Of a DNA stretch of 41,900 nt, positions 1 to 8,501 are shown one piece after another. The notes beneath the pieces are model-generated. The model did not search any database. It was not told the origin of the DNA and saw nothing but the letters and a program-made list of their open reading frames with translations. The DNA comes from a virus (Duplodnaviria > Heunggongvirae > Uroviricota > Caudoviricetes): positions 1 through 41,900 of IMG/VR virus record IMGVR_UViG_3300028960_000080, one strand, 5' to 3'. Both the position numbers and the translations under genes were made by a program. Each line of letters starts with the position of its first letter. Positions within the stretch are counted from its first letter, which is position 1.

Positions 1-1284
1 TTACTTCTTCGCCTCTGCAACCACTTTGCTACCCACGCCGCGGTTATTGTATTCCCACATGCGGTTGTAGTTAGTGTCATTCAGATTGCGTTGTATTTCG
101 TCGTTATCATCAACGCTGCCGGTGTTACCCGCAAACGGACGATTAGAGATCACCGCATCAGCCCAGGGTTTGGCTGTGTTAAAACCTTCGTTGATGGCGC
201 TATCACGGATCACCACCTGACCGTTGGTATTGGCATCAACATCCAGCGAGCGACCCAGTTGCGCCACGCCATCACCGGAAGCATTGAAACGGCTGTTTAC
301 GGCGAGGAAACCGTAATAGATGTTAGACAGCGTAGCCGGTGCAAACACATACGCTTCTTGCTGAGTACGTGAGTTCACCACGCGGAATTCGGTGTTATCG
401 AACACCACTGCGCCGCGACCAGAAACGATATCCACATCCCCTTCAATGTAACTGTTGGTCACCAGAGTACGCGGCTGACGGTTGGTTTCCAGACGGTTTT
501 GCACACCACTGTTGGTGACAAAGAAGGTATTCTGACGACCGAGAATGTTGACGTTATTGATCTGCACTTTGTCACCATCAGTACGCAGTGCCACCGCCGG
601 ATGGTTACCCGCATCTACGCTATCGCCCAGCGTGTTTTCGATGGTCAGATTTTGCAGTTGCAGGCCATTGTTTTGTGACCAGAAGACCGCAGAGCAGAGA
701 ACACCGATACTGTCGCTGCGTTTGCTCTGGCAGCTATCGTACATATACCACGCTGGTTTACCTGGCATATATTTGCCGCGCGGGTTGACGTCGTGACGCC
801 AGTCGGCAGGGCTCATGCCCCCATCAAGGGAAAGCCCAATCTTCACATCAATCGGTTTTTCACCTGTACCGTACAGAGTAATTCCACCCGGAGCGGCAGG
901 GACATACACCGTTCCCTGATACTCACCAGGCATCACGGCAATATACTGGCGCTTGTTGGTGCGCTTGATAATTGCCGCATCTACCGCCGCCTGAATCGTG
1001 GTATGCGTTACACCTTGAGTACCCGCCGGGCCGACAACAAAGTCAGGTTGCGCAGGCAGGGTAATCGGGGAAGGATTCCACGCTGCCGCACCTGGTGTCA
1101 GGGATGCAAAATAGTGTTGAGCATCGAAATTCTGCGCTTCTTTTGCCGACAGAATCGGGCGAGAAGAGGTACCAGGCGCGGTTTGATCAGAAGGACGTTG
1201 ATCGGGCGGTGTTGAGCTACAGGCGGTCAGCGTCACGCCAAAAGCCAATGCCAGCGCCAGACGGGAAACTGAAAATGTGTTCAC
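1..1284 (-). CDS. ybhC: Host pectinesterase-family outer-membrane lipoprotein YbhC (complete, 427 aa)
   Basis: Full-length ORF with lipoprotein signal (LTACSS); recognised as the gene flanking attB-lambda in E. coli; stop codon at 1..3 on the minus strand. Confidence 0.85.
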   Translation of the reverse strand: MNTFSVSRLALALAFGVTLTACSSTPPDQRPSDQTAPGTSSRPILSAKEAQNFDAQHYFASLTPGAAAWNPSPITLPAQPDFVVGPAGTQGVTHTTIQAAVDAAIIKRTNKRQYIAVMPGEYQGTVYVPAAPGGITLYGTGEKPIDVKIGLSLDGGMSPADWRHDVNPRGKYMPGKPAWYMYDSCQSKRSDSIGVLCSAVFWSQNNGLQLQNLTIENTLGDSVDAGNHPAVALRTDGDKVQINNVNILGRQNTFFVTNSGVQNRLETNRQPRTLVTNSYIEGDVDIVSGRGAVVFDNTEFRVVNSRTQQEAYVFAPATLSNIYYGFLAVNSRFNASGDGVAQLGRSLDVDANTNGQVVIRDSAINEGFNTAKPWADAVISNRPFAGNTGSVDDNDEIQRNLNDTNYNRMWEYNNRGVGSKVVAEAKK

Positions 1285-1330
1285 AGGTTGCTCCGGGCTA
1301 TGAAATAGAAAAATGAATCCGTTGAAGCCT

Positions 1331-1345
1331 GCTTTTTTATACTAA
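1331..1345. other. attL: attL core (GCTTTTTTATACTAA), followed by lambda-like P' arm up to int
   Basis: Exact match to the lambda att core; identical copy at 41319..41333; downstream sequence (TCAGTCAAAATAAAATCATTATTTG...) matches what I recall of the lambda attP arm. Confidence 0.9.
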
Positions 1346-1418
1346 GTTGGCATTATAAAAAAGCATTGCTTATCAATTTGTTGCAACGAACAGGTCACTA
1401 TCAGTCAAAATAAAATCA

Positions 1419-2489
1419 TTATTTGATTTCAATTTTGTCCCACTCCCTGCCTCTGTCATCACGATACTGTGATGCCATGGTGTCCGACTTATGCCCGAGA
1501 AGATGTTGAGCAAACTTATCGCTTATCTGCTTCTCATAGAGTCTTGCAGACAAACTGCGCAACTCGTGAAAGGTAGGCGGATCCCCTTCGAAGGAAAGAC
1601 CTGATGCTTTTCGTGCGCGCATAAAATACCTTGATACTGTGCCGGATGAAAGCGGTTCGCGACGAGTAGATGCAATTATGGTTTCTCCGCCAAGAATCTC
1701 TTTGCATTTATCAAGTGTTTCCTTCATTGATATTCCGAGAGCATCAACATGCAATGCTGTTGGGATGGCAATTTTTACGCCTGTTTTGCTTTGCTCGACA
1801 TAAAGATATCCATCTACGATATCAGACCACTTCATTTCGCATAAATCACCAACTCGCTGCCCGGTAACAACAGCCAGTTCCATTGCAAGTCTAAGCCAAC
1901 ATGGTGATGATTCTGCTGCTTGATAAATTTTCAGGTATTCGTCAGCCGTAAGTCTTGATCTCCTTACCTCTGATTTTGCTGCGCGAGTGGCAGCGACCGG
2001 GTTTGTTGTTATATGGCCTTCAGCTATTGCCTCTCGGAATGCATCGCTCAGTGTTGATCTGATTAACTTGGCTGACGCCGCCTTGCCCTCGTCTATGTAT
2101 CCATTGAGCATTGCTGCAATTTCTTTTGTGGTGATGTCTTCAAGTGGAACATCAGGTAGCCCCCTCCTTATTGCTTTAATTTTGCTCATGTAATTTATAA
2201 GTGTCTTCTGCTTGATTCCTCTGCTGGCGAGGATTTTTTCGTAGCGATCAAGCCATGAATGTAACGTAACAGAATTATCACTGTTGATTCTCGCTGTCAG
2301 AGGCTTGTGTTTGTGTCCTGAAAATAACTCAATGTTTGCCTGTATTGCTTCAGTAATTGCTATCCTCCTGTCTCTGCCTAATCCGAACTCTTTACCCGTC
2401 CTTGGGTCCCTGTAGCAGTAATATCCATTGTTTCTTATATAAAGGTTAGGGGGTAAATCCCGGCGCTCATGACTTCGCCTTCTTCCCAT
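1419..2489 (-). CDS. int: Tyrosine integrase, lambda Int (356 aa)
   Basis: Translation recognisable as lambda Int along its whole length (same 356-aa size; starts MGRRRSHERRDLPPNLYIRNNGYYCYRDPRTGKEF); adjacent to att core. Confidence 0.97.
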   Translation of the reverse strand: MGRRRSHERRDLPPNLYIRNNGYYCYRDPRTGKEFGLGRDRRIAITEAIQANIELFSGHKHKPLTARINSDNSVTLHSWLDRYEKILASRGIKQKTLINYMSKIKAIRRGLPDVPLEDITTKEIAAMLNGYIDEGKAASAKLIRSTLSDAFREAIAEGHITTNPVAATRAAKSEVRRSRLTADEYLKIYQAAESSPCWLRLAMELAVVTGQRVGDLCEMKWSDIVDGYLYVEQSKTGVKIAIPTALHVDALGISMKETLDKCKEILGGETIIASTRREPLSSGTVSRYFMRARKASGLSFEGDPPTFHELRSLSARLYEKQISDKFAQHLLGHKSDTMASQYRDDRGREWDKIEIK

Positions 2490-2685
2490 TTCTGATCCTC
2501 TTCAAAAGGCTACCTGTTACTGGTCGATTTAAGTCAACCTTTACCGCTGATTCGTGGAACAGATACTCTCTTCCATCCTTAACCGGAGGAGGGAATATCC
2601 TGCATTCGCGCACCCATCGACGAACTGTTTCAAGGCTTCTTGGGCGTCGCTGGCGAGCGTTCCACTCCTGAAGTGTCAAGTACAT
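2467..2685 (-). CDS. xis: Excisionase Xis (72 aa)
   Basis: Internal Met of ORF 2467..2775 gives MYLTLQEWNARQRRPRSLETVRRWVRECRIFPPP..., recognisable as lambda Xis; overlaps int start as in lambda. Confidence 0.9.
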   Translation of the reverse strand: MYLTLQEWNARQRRPRSLETVRRWVRECRIFPPPVKDGREYLFHESAVKVDLNRPVTGSLLKRIRNGKKAKS

Positions 2686-2799
2686 CGCAAAGTCTCCGCA
2701 ATTACACGCAAGAAAAAGCCGCATTGATGCGGCGATGGTAGGTCTGGATATCATTGAGCAATGAACAGGCCTCATCGAGTGTGAGGCTGTATGACTCTA

Positions 2800-3105
2800 T
2801 TATTTCACCTCTTGTTGTGACATTGTTGAAAAATGGATACCAGCTCGTTGCTGCCAGATGATCCAACCGAGAGTCATATCCCATGCCATGTATTCGTTAT
2901 CGCCGTTTTTTGCTCTCCGACGATCTACTAAGTCACCGAAACGCTTTTCCATGAATAATTCATAAGCTTCGCGTTCATCTGGTTCTACTTCCAGAGATAG
3001 GAGTGCGATTTCATAAGCACGGCGCTCAATATCGTCTCGCACGTCAAGGCTGCTGATACGCTCTTTAATTTCTTTAATCAGTTCTTTGTCGGTAAAAGTG
3101 GTCAT
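2800..3105 (-). CDS. Hypothetical early-left protein (101 aa, acidic)
   Basis: Uninterrupted ORF co-oriented with the leftward operon; its start overlaps the stop of the upstream gene by 1 nt. Confidence 0.5.
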   Translation of the reverse strand: MTTFTDKELIKEIKERISSLDVRDDIERRAYEIALLSLEVEPDEREAYELFMEKRFGDLVDRRRAKNGDNEYMAWDMTLGWIIWQQRAGIHFSTMSQQEVK

Positions 3106-3467
3106 TATGCTCCAGCCTCCGGTGCTTTTGGCATTACTGCCCAGTGAGTGATATTGACGTTTTCAAGGTCCCCGACCTGAAATGTCCACTGCCATTCTCC
3201 GGTTTCTTTTTGTCCCCTGGTGTACCAGAGAGAACGCCAGCCAATTAGCCAGCCTTCTCCGTTAGCATCGAATAACAAAACACTTTCATTTGCTGGTGGC
3301 AGTTCAGTTGACACTGGTATTACTTTGTTTTCCTGTGCTGCACATTTAGCTTCAAGCGCATCGAATTTACGCACCAGGTATTCAGCATCCGTTTCATTCA
3401 CTTTCAGATCTCGCGGTACACATTTCCCGCGAAGAAACCCTTCCATTTCGAAAACATTCATGCGCAT
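3105..3467 (-). CDS. Hypothetical early-left protein (120 aa)
   Basis: ORF in the leftward operon, overlapping the stop of the HD-domain gene; Trp-rich C-terminal half. Confidence 0.55.
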   Translation of the reverse strand: MRMNVFEMEGFLRGKCVPRDLKVNETDAEYLVRKFDALEAKCAAQENKVIPVSTELPPANESVLLFDANGEGWLIGWRSLWYTRGQKETGEWQWTFQVGDLENVNITHWAVMPKAPEAGA

Positions 3468-3994
3468 TTGCGTAACTCCGATAATTCGTTAAAGCGTTCC
3501 ATAAACATCCCGTAGGCATGGCCTGGAGCTAGTGGAATCACGTTGAACATCTCTGTTGCCGGGATACCTTCCAGCACAGGCCAGAAAGAGCCATCATCAA
3601 GCCCGAGATCGCGGCGTTCGGTTGCCAGCATGATGAGATCGGCATATTTCACGGGGGTACTCATAACCGGGGGTAACCCGTATTTCTCACGGATTACGGC
3701 GTCTATTTTTTCTTCCATCCGTTTATAGTCAGGAAGAAGGCGTTTCAGTGGCGCCGGGATGTCCTGGCAATATGCTTCTGTTGCATCATGCATTAACGCT
3801 TCAAAAGCAAATTCCTGCGGTACCAGTTGGCTGCAAAGCACCGCATGTTGGGCAACGCTGTAGAAATGTGAAAGATGTCCTGCAAAGCGACAGATATTTG
3901 AAAGAGAAACCGCGATATCGTTAATAACGATGTCGTCTTTATTTATCCTGTCATAATAAAAATGCTTCCCGGAAAAAGTTTTAATAAATGACAT
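3458..3994 (-). CDS. HD-domain phosphohydrolase (YfdR-like 5'-deoxynucleotidase family)
   Basis: HD-domain metal-binding signatures (H...HD...H...D pattern, e.g. LMHDATEAY); start set at the ATG at 3994, which has a GGAGAA Shine-Dalgarno, rather than the GTG at 4021. Confidence 0.75.
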   Translation of the reverse strand: MSFIKTFSGKHFYYDRINKDDIVINDIAVSLSNICRFAGHLSHFYSVAQHAVLCSQLVPQEFAFEALMHDATEAYCQDIPAPLKRLLPDYKRMEEKIDAVIREKYGLPPVMSTPVKYADLIMLATERRDLGLDDGSFWPVLEGIPATEMFNVIPLAPGHAYGMFMERFNELSELRKCA

Positions 3995-4087
3995 TTTGTT
4001 CTCCACGTATATGCGCTGCACCGCGCTGAGTTCTGGTAAAAGGAAGCCCTCACCATCCGGCGATTATTGAGTCAATTACGTTTCCAT

Positions 4088-4109
4088 AAATGCCCCCGCA
4101 GGGGCATTT
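4088..4109 (-). terminator. Perfect 9-bp stem / 4-nt loop hairpin directly downstream of the DUF2303-like gene (intra-operon attenuator or RNA-stability element)
   Basis: AAATGCCCC-CGCA-GGGGCATTT seen in sequence; only a short U-tract follows on the minus strand, so terminator function is uncertain. Confidence 0.3.
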
Positions 4110-4121
4110 GCAGTAATGAAA

Positions 4122-4946
4122 TCAGGCGGTGAAAGTACCAATAAAGGTTTCTACTTTGCTGTCCTTGAATTTCTCAACAAGCAGATCACGAAATTCGTTA
4201 GCCATTTCTTCCTGCACTGCTTCCAGCTGAATAATGCGCAGAACCAGTACAGGACGATCGCCAGTGATAATGCTGAGGCGTAATTTAAACGGACGTTCTT
4301 TCAGGCCTTCAAACGGAACGCATTTAAATTCAAATGCCACAGGCATAATATCTTTGGTCTTCGCTTCGACAGACTCCATCAGGGAGCGTTTGCCGCTGAA
4401 GTCATTGTCTTCAAAATCAGCGGTCTGGTTTGCTTCAATCGTGATTTTACGGACTGCCGCAGCCGCTTTTGTTGCCTGAATAGCATCACCATTAGCATCA
4501 AAGCCCACAAGGTAGTCGGCCCAGTCTTCGAGCCATTCTGCCAGTGACTTCTGGTAGTTACGCTCACCGTTAACAGACAACAGGGCAGAGAACGGTGCTG
4601 TCTTTTTCAGTTTGAGAGTGGCGGTGTTATCTGCGTGACCTGGTTCATCAATAGTACCCAGGTTAAGTACACTGACGGCACGCATATTATCAGCATCGAT
4701 AAAGCAGCGGGTGCCTTCATCTGCAAGATCTTTAGAATAACGGGTAAAGTCATCGATGCTGGCAGTGGAAAGCGCACCACGGAAACGGAAGCGATTTAAA
4801 TTAAATTTTTCCAGATCATGAATGCGGAAATTCTCAGGCAATGCCACAGCATCGGCACCAATCTTACTGATAATTTCATTAACACCCTGAGCAGAAATAA
4901 GGGCATGGATTTGATTAATTGCGGTTGCGTCTAAGTTCTGAGACAT
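4122..4946 (-). CDS. YfdQ-like (DUF2303-family) phage protein, 274 aa
   Basis: ORF with GAGGA Shine-Dalgarno; resembles the YfdQ family of SfV/CPS-53-like prophages (family assignment from memory). Confidence 0.65.
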   Translation of the reverse strand: MSQNLDATAINQIHALISAQGVNEIISKIGADAVALPENFRIHDLEKFNLNRFRFRGALSTASIDDFTRYSKDLADEGTRCFIDADNMRAVSVLNLGTIDEPGHADNTATLKLKKTAPFSALLSVNGERNYQKSLAEWLEDWADYLVGFDANGDAIQATKAAAAVRKITIEANQTADFEDNDFSGKRSLMESVEAKTKDIMPVAFEFKCVPFEGLKERPFKLRLSIITGDRPVLVLRIIQLEAVQEEMANEFRDLLVEKFKDSKVETFIGTFTA

Positions 4947-5011
4947 AATAAGTCCTCACTATATAAAGATATTCAGTGATGAGATAAATAATCAGTTAAT
5001 TAAGAACGATA

Positions 5012-5374
5012 TTAATGACCTGCTGCGCGTAATTTTCCGTCAGGCTCACCGGCAAGAGTCAGTAATTGTCCCTGGTCTTCCTGCAGAATAGTCAGGCGAC
5101 CACCGCGATTGACATACATCGGCGTTTCGGTGGTGTCTTCTTCGGAAATTTTCCCGCGGTTAGTCGGGCGAACATATGAGAGTTTGTGTTTGATTTTCAC
5201 ACGGTTCTCATCAAATGGTTCGATTTCCAGGTTGAGTGAGACCTTACCTTTGGTTTTCGTGTTCATCACACCGGAAGCGACTTCACTGAGAACTGCGCCG
5301 ATTTTGGTTTCAAATACGCCGCCGTCCAGCTCCCCGATAAATGCCTGCACATCAGTACTGCGTTCGCTAGCCAT
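5012..5374 (-). CDS. Hypothetical early protein (120 aa); start set at the internal ATG with a GAGGAG Shine-Dalgarno
   Basis: The 226-aa track ORF has a GC-rich, Arg/Cys-rich N-terminal extension with no ribosome-binding site; the ATG at 5374 is preceded by GAGGAGCAGCAAA. Confidence 0.6.
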   Translation of the reverse strand: MASERSTDVQAFIGELDGGVFETKIGAVLSEVASGVMNTKTKGKVSLNLEIEPFDENRVKIKHKLSYVRPTNRGKISEEDTTETPMYVNRGGRLTILQEDQGQLLTLAGEPDGKLRAAGH

Positions 5375-5399
5375 TTTGCTGCTCCTCATCATATCGACC

Positions 5400-5700
5400 C
5401 TGCAAGGTCGGTTGGTTTCTCCACAAAACAGAGAAGAACACCTGCGGTGGCAGCCGCCCGGATGGATTGGGTTATGAGCCCGTCGTCCGGTGATGCTCTT
5501 CTCTGTTTTGTAAAAAGGACGGTACCAGCCGGAAGCAAGGGTACAAACTGGTACCGCCAGGACTACACACAGCATAAAGTTGTGGTGCCTGGTGCCTCCC
5601 GGTGCCTGGCGAAGGTTGCACACCAGACGGGTGGGTATCCACAGAAGGTCGACTGTCAGCCTCAACCTTAACCCGCGTGCGCTGAGCCGCATTCACCACA
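5400..5700. other. GC-rich structured non-coding region (candidate cis-acting RNA or sRNA) within the leftward early operon
   Basis: Perfect 15-bp inverted repeat 5423..5437 / 5497..5511; 9-bp inverted repeat 5520..5528 / 5548..5556; three GGTGCCT copies at 5584..5607; no ORF with a credible ribosome-binding site. Confidence 0.4.
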
Positions 5701-5811
5701 ACGCCAAGGATTCTCTTTGGTTGAAAATACTTAGCTGTTATGTGCCTGTCTTTTCACCACTTCAGGCTCGGTGGTATCCTTTTAAGCCCGTATACATAAA
5801 AGGAAAATCAA

Positions 5812-6057
5812 ATGACTTTTGATGAAAAAGAACTTGATAATGCAATTAATAAAATCATCGTAACGTCGCTCTTTTCCTGTCTCAGCGACACTCAGCAGAA
5901 ACAGTTCTACGAATCGGCTTTCAACATGATCGAGAGTTGTTGTTTCTGCGATGCCGACGAGTTACCTGAAATAATCAGGAAACAGTTGGCTGATGCTCTT
6001 CGAGTGCGACTTTCTGACCAATTTTCTGAAATGTGCTCTCCGAATTTGGACAAATAG
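5812..6057 (+). CDS. Hypothetical small acidic protein (81 aa), rightward, AT-rich
   Basis: ATG preceded by AAAAGGAAAA; converges on and overlaps the 91-aa minus-strand ORF by 83 nt, so one of the two may be spurious. Confidence 0.35.
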   Translation: MTFDEKELDNAINKIIVTSLFSCLSDTQQKQFYESAFNMIESCCFCDADELPEIIRKQLADALRVRLSDQFSEMCSPNLDK

Positions 6058-6250
6058 AAAAAGGCCATTTCCATTCAGGGTCTGATGGAAATACTTCAGC
6101 CTGTTCCAAAGCACGGCGTAAAGAGAATACAACTCCAGCCATAGCCTGATGTTTCCCATTGGTCCAGCTATCGCCGCTCTGATCTACAGGAGCGGCTATG
6201 TCGTATGACCAAACGACTTCACCACTATTGTTTAAAATCTGGACTTTCAT
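5975..6250 (-). CDS. Hypothetical small protein (91 aa)
   Basis: Strong GGAGG Shine-Dalgarno 8 nt upstream of ATG; co-oriented with cI and the early-left operon. Confidence 0.5.
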   Translation of the reverse strand: MKVQILNNSGEVVWSYDIAAPVDQSGDSWTNGKHQAMAGVVFSLRRALEQAEVFPSDPEWKWPFSICPNSESTFQKIGQKVALEEHQPTVS

Positions 6251-6258
6251 TTTGTTCT

Positions 6259-6480
6259 TTAACCTCCAGATTTCCGCGCATCTAAAGGTGCATTCTCATT
6301 TGGTGTGAACTGAATAGTTGTGCTGATATTGATTAATGCTCCGACACACAAGACTACGCACTCAGAGCAGATAGCAACTTCATCTTTTCCGCCTTTGGCG
6401 ATGATTTTTTTTGCCTGCAGCTCGTTTGCGCCACAAAACGAGCATGTGAAATAACGGTTCATTTGCGCTCTCTTACACAT
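6259..6480 (-). CDS. Small ClpX-type C4 zinc-finger protein (73 aa)
   Basis: CSFCG...(19 aa)...CSEC spacing matches the ClpX N-terminal zinc-binding domain; first gene downstream of the putative pL. Confidence 0.6.
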   Translation of the reverse strand: MCKRAQMNRYFTCSFCGANELQAKKIIAKGGKDEVAICSECVVLCVGALINISTTIQFTPNENAPLDARKSGG

Positions 6481-6646
6481 AGTATTTAACGAATCATCCG
6501 GTCATCCATACGCCACCGGCGGCTACTTCGTGGGCGTCCTGCCTGTTCGTTATCTTTGACATAAAATCTAACTTAACTTAGTTATTATGGCAAGAGAAAA
6601 CACCAAACTTTTCTTAGTTCGGTGCCTTAGTTAGAGAAGAGAGGTC
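6481..6646 (-). promoter_or_regulatory. Candidate oL/pL region
   Basis: Palindrome CTAACTTAACTTAG (6567..6580) resembles the oR palindrome; minus-strand TTGCCA (6592..6587) - 16 nt - TAGATT (6570..6565) overlaps it. Confidence 0.45.
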
Positions 6647-7273
6647 TTAGAGTTCGTATTGAACTCCTTTGACTACACCAATGATAAGGCAATTACCATT
6701 GATAGGGATGTTGGGATACCGAGGATTTAATGGCACTAAAAACTTTTGAGGGCCATCGATGACTAATTTTTTTACTGTAGCTTCGTTTGTTCCATCAAGT
6801 CGAGCGATGACTATTTTTCCATGACGAGGTTCTGCATCTGGATCTACAATCACTGTTGCGCCTTCTGGTATTGTTGGGAGGCCATTAGGGTTAGTCATGG
6901 AGTCACCTTTAACCTCTAATGCAAATGAGTTATCACCAATCTTTAATGATGTATCTACCCACTTGTCCACTTCACTAAACACTTCTGCTGCCCTGCACTC
7001 AGTAAACTGCCCAGCCTGAACCCACGATATTACAGGAACTCTGCGCATGTTTGTGACGAGTTTGCCTTCAAACTCAGCACCATAAAGAATGTAATCTATT
7101 GACGTATTGAAGAACTTCGCTAATTTCGAAAGTGCCTCCCCACCAGGGGTATTGATGTCTTTCTCCCAGTACCCCACAGCAACGTCGCTTACTCCACAAA
7201 ATTTACCCAATTCTTTCTGGGACGTTCTGGTAACTCTTCTCAGAGCTTTTATACGCTGACCAACCGTTTCCAT
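6647..7273 (-). CDS. cI: CI-type repressor (N-terminal HTH, C-terminal S24 LexA-like autopeptidase)
   Basis: HTH region (QKELGKFCGVSDVAVGYWE), GDSM serine motif and downstream Lys (VKKL) typical of S24 repressors; divergent from a cro-like gene. Confidence 0.9.
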   Translation of the reverse strand: METVGQRIKALRRVTRTSQKELGKFCGVSDVAVGYWEKDINTPGGEALSKLAKFFNTSIDYILYGAEFEGKLVTNMRRVPVISWVQAGQFTECRAAEVFSEVDKWVDTSLKIGDNSFALEVKGDSMTNPNGLPTIPEGATVIVDPDAEPRHGKIVIARLDGTNEATVKKLVIDGPQKFLVPLNPRYPNIPINGNCLIIGVVKGVQYEL

Positions 7274-7370
7274 AGGAGCACCATTTCTTGAATTGCTAAG
7301 TAATCTTAGTTTTTATTGACCAAAGATAGATTTGTAATTAGCATCTAATAAAACTTAGTTTGGAGGGCGT
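7274..7370. promoter_or_regulatory. oR/pR/pRM immunity switch region
   Basis: Divergent cI/cro arrangement; palindromes CTAAGTAATCTTAG (7296..7309) and CTAATAAAACTTAG (7345..7358); TTGACC (7316..7321) as candidate pR -35; GGAGGG Shine-Dalgarno before cro. Confidence 0.6.
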
Positions 7371-7571
7371 ATGACAACTGACGATATCGAAAGCTACTTC
7401 GGCAGTATTGAGAAAGTTGCTGCTTTTTTCGGCATAACAACTGAAGCCGTTTATCAGTGGCGAAACCGTCCGGGCCAGTTAATTCCAAAAGGACGTGCAG
7501 CAGAAGCTGCATATAGAACTTGCGGACGGTTGCCATTTAAACCTGAGCTTTATGAAAAATCTAATGGATAA
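7371..7571 (+). CDS. cro: Cro-like HTH regulator (YdaS-like), 66 aa
   Basis: Small HTH protein (AAFFGITTEAVYQWRNR) divergently transcribed from cI. Confidence 0.75.
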   Translation: MTTDDIESYFGSIEKVAAFFGITTEAVYQWRNRPGQLIPKGRAAEAAYRTCGRLPFKPELYEKSNG

Positions 7572-8166
7572 ATCGATTAACAGAAACCACAGAACGATGA
7601 GGCTAACCGTGGGTAAGCATCACTGGAAAGTAGAAAAACAGCCTGAGTGGTACGTGAAAGCTGTCAGAAAAACTATCGCAAAGTTGCCGGGTGGTTACGC
7701 TGAAGCAGCTGACTGGCTGGATGTAACAGAGAACGCATTATTTAACCGCCTTCGTGCTGATGGCGATCAGATTTTCCCGCTGGGATGGGCAATGATTTTG
7801 CAACGTGCTGGTGGAACTCACTTCATTGCTGATGCTGTGGCGCAGTCTGCTAATGGCGTCTTTGTGTCTCTTCCTGACGTCGAGGATGTGGACAACGCCG
7901 ATATTAACCAGCGTCTGCTGGAAGTCATTGAACAGATCGGCAGTTATTCAAAACAGATTCGTTCAGCAATCGAAGACGGTGTAGTGGAACCGCATGAGAA
8001 GACAGCAATTAACGACGAGCTGTATCTCTCAATTTCGAAGCTGCAGGAGCATGCAGCACTTGTCTACAAAATTTTTTGCATTTCAGAAAGTAATGACGCC
8101 CGCGAGTGTGCAGCTCCGGGCGTCGTGGCGTCGATTGCTTCTGGTTGTGGAGAAACTAACGCATGA
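7495..8166 (+). CDS. YdaT-like protein occupying the cII position (start uncertain)
   Basis: ORF following cro; resembles the ydaS-ydaT pairing of Rac-like prophages; the track start is a GTG overlapping cro and alternative ATGs lack a clear ribosome-binding site. Confidence 0.55.
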   Translation: MQQKLHIELADGCHLNLSFMKNLMDKSINRNHRTMRLTVGKHHWKVEKQPEWYVKAVRKTIAKLPGGYAEAADWLDVTENALFNRLRADGDQIFPLGWAMILQRAGGTHFIADAVAQSANGVFVSLPDVEDVDNADINQRLLEVIEQIGSYSKQIRSAIEDGVVEPHEKTAINDELYLSISKLQEHAALVYKIFCISESNDARECAAPGVVASIASGCGETNA

Positions 8167-8501
8167 ACAGTTTAACAACACACTACCGTCGCTCGCAACT
8201 GATTGCGCTTCCTGTACCGGGTGGAAAAGCGAAGGTGGAGTATTGCTATGCAGTAAATGTACCAGGTGACAGGGAAATTGTAACCCACAGCTTTGCAGAG
8301 TGGGCTGTGGGTGATTTCAACCGGCAGAAGGAGACAGTCCTTTGCGACAAGTTAACCGCTGGTTCAAAGATCACTACGGAGTGCCCGTCAGAGTCATTCG
8401 TTGGGAGCCGGAAACACAACGGGTTATCTACCTCCGCGAAGGCTATGAGCATGAGTGCTTCAGTCCGCTCGAACAGTTTCGTCGTAAATTCAGGGAAATA
8501 G
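8163..8501 (+). CDS. Hypothetical protein (112 aa), possibly frameshifted or partly spurious
   Basis: ATGA overlap with the upstream gene suggests coupling, but the C-terminal third is Ser-rich low complexity while an alternative frame encodes a protein-like sequence. Confidence 0.35.
   Translation: MNSLTTHYRRSQLIALPVPGGKAKVEYCYAVNVPGDREIVTHSFAEWAVGDFNRQKETVLCDKLTAGSKITTECPSESFVGSRKHNGLSTSAKAMSMSASVRSNSFVVNSGK

Noticed and set aside
91-372. Plus-strand 93-aa ORF inside ybhC
   Set aside because: Antisense to the host ybhC gene; no ribosome-binding site.
5447-5699. Overlapping 74-aa (+) and 75-aa (-) ORFs in the structured region
   Set aside because: Mutually overlapping on opposite strands, no Shine-Dalgarno sequences, composition driven by the GC-rich repeats.
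5400-5700. Retron msr/msd, tRNA or CRISPR explanations for the structured GC-rich region
   Set aside because: No reverse transcriptase gene anywhere in the window, no tRNA T-loop motif (GTTCRA) or cloverleaf, and no regularly spaced direct repeats.
5375-7370. Lambda N-like antiterminator gene
   Set aside because: No small Arg-rich-motif protein was recognisable in the pL-proximal region; absence is unproven without a profile search.
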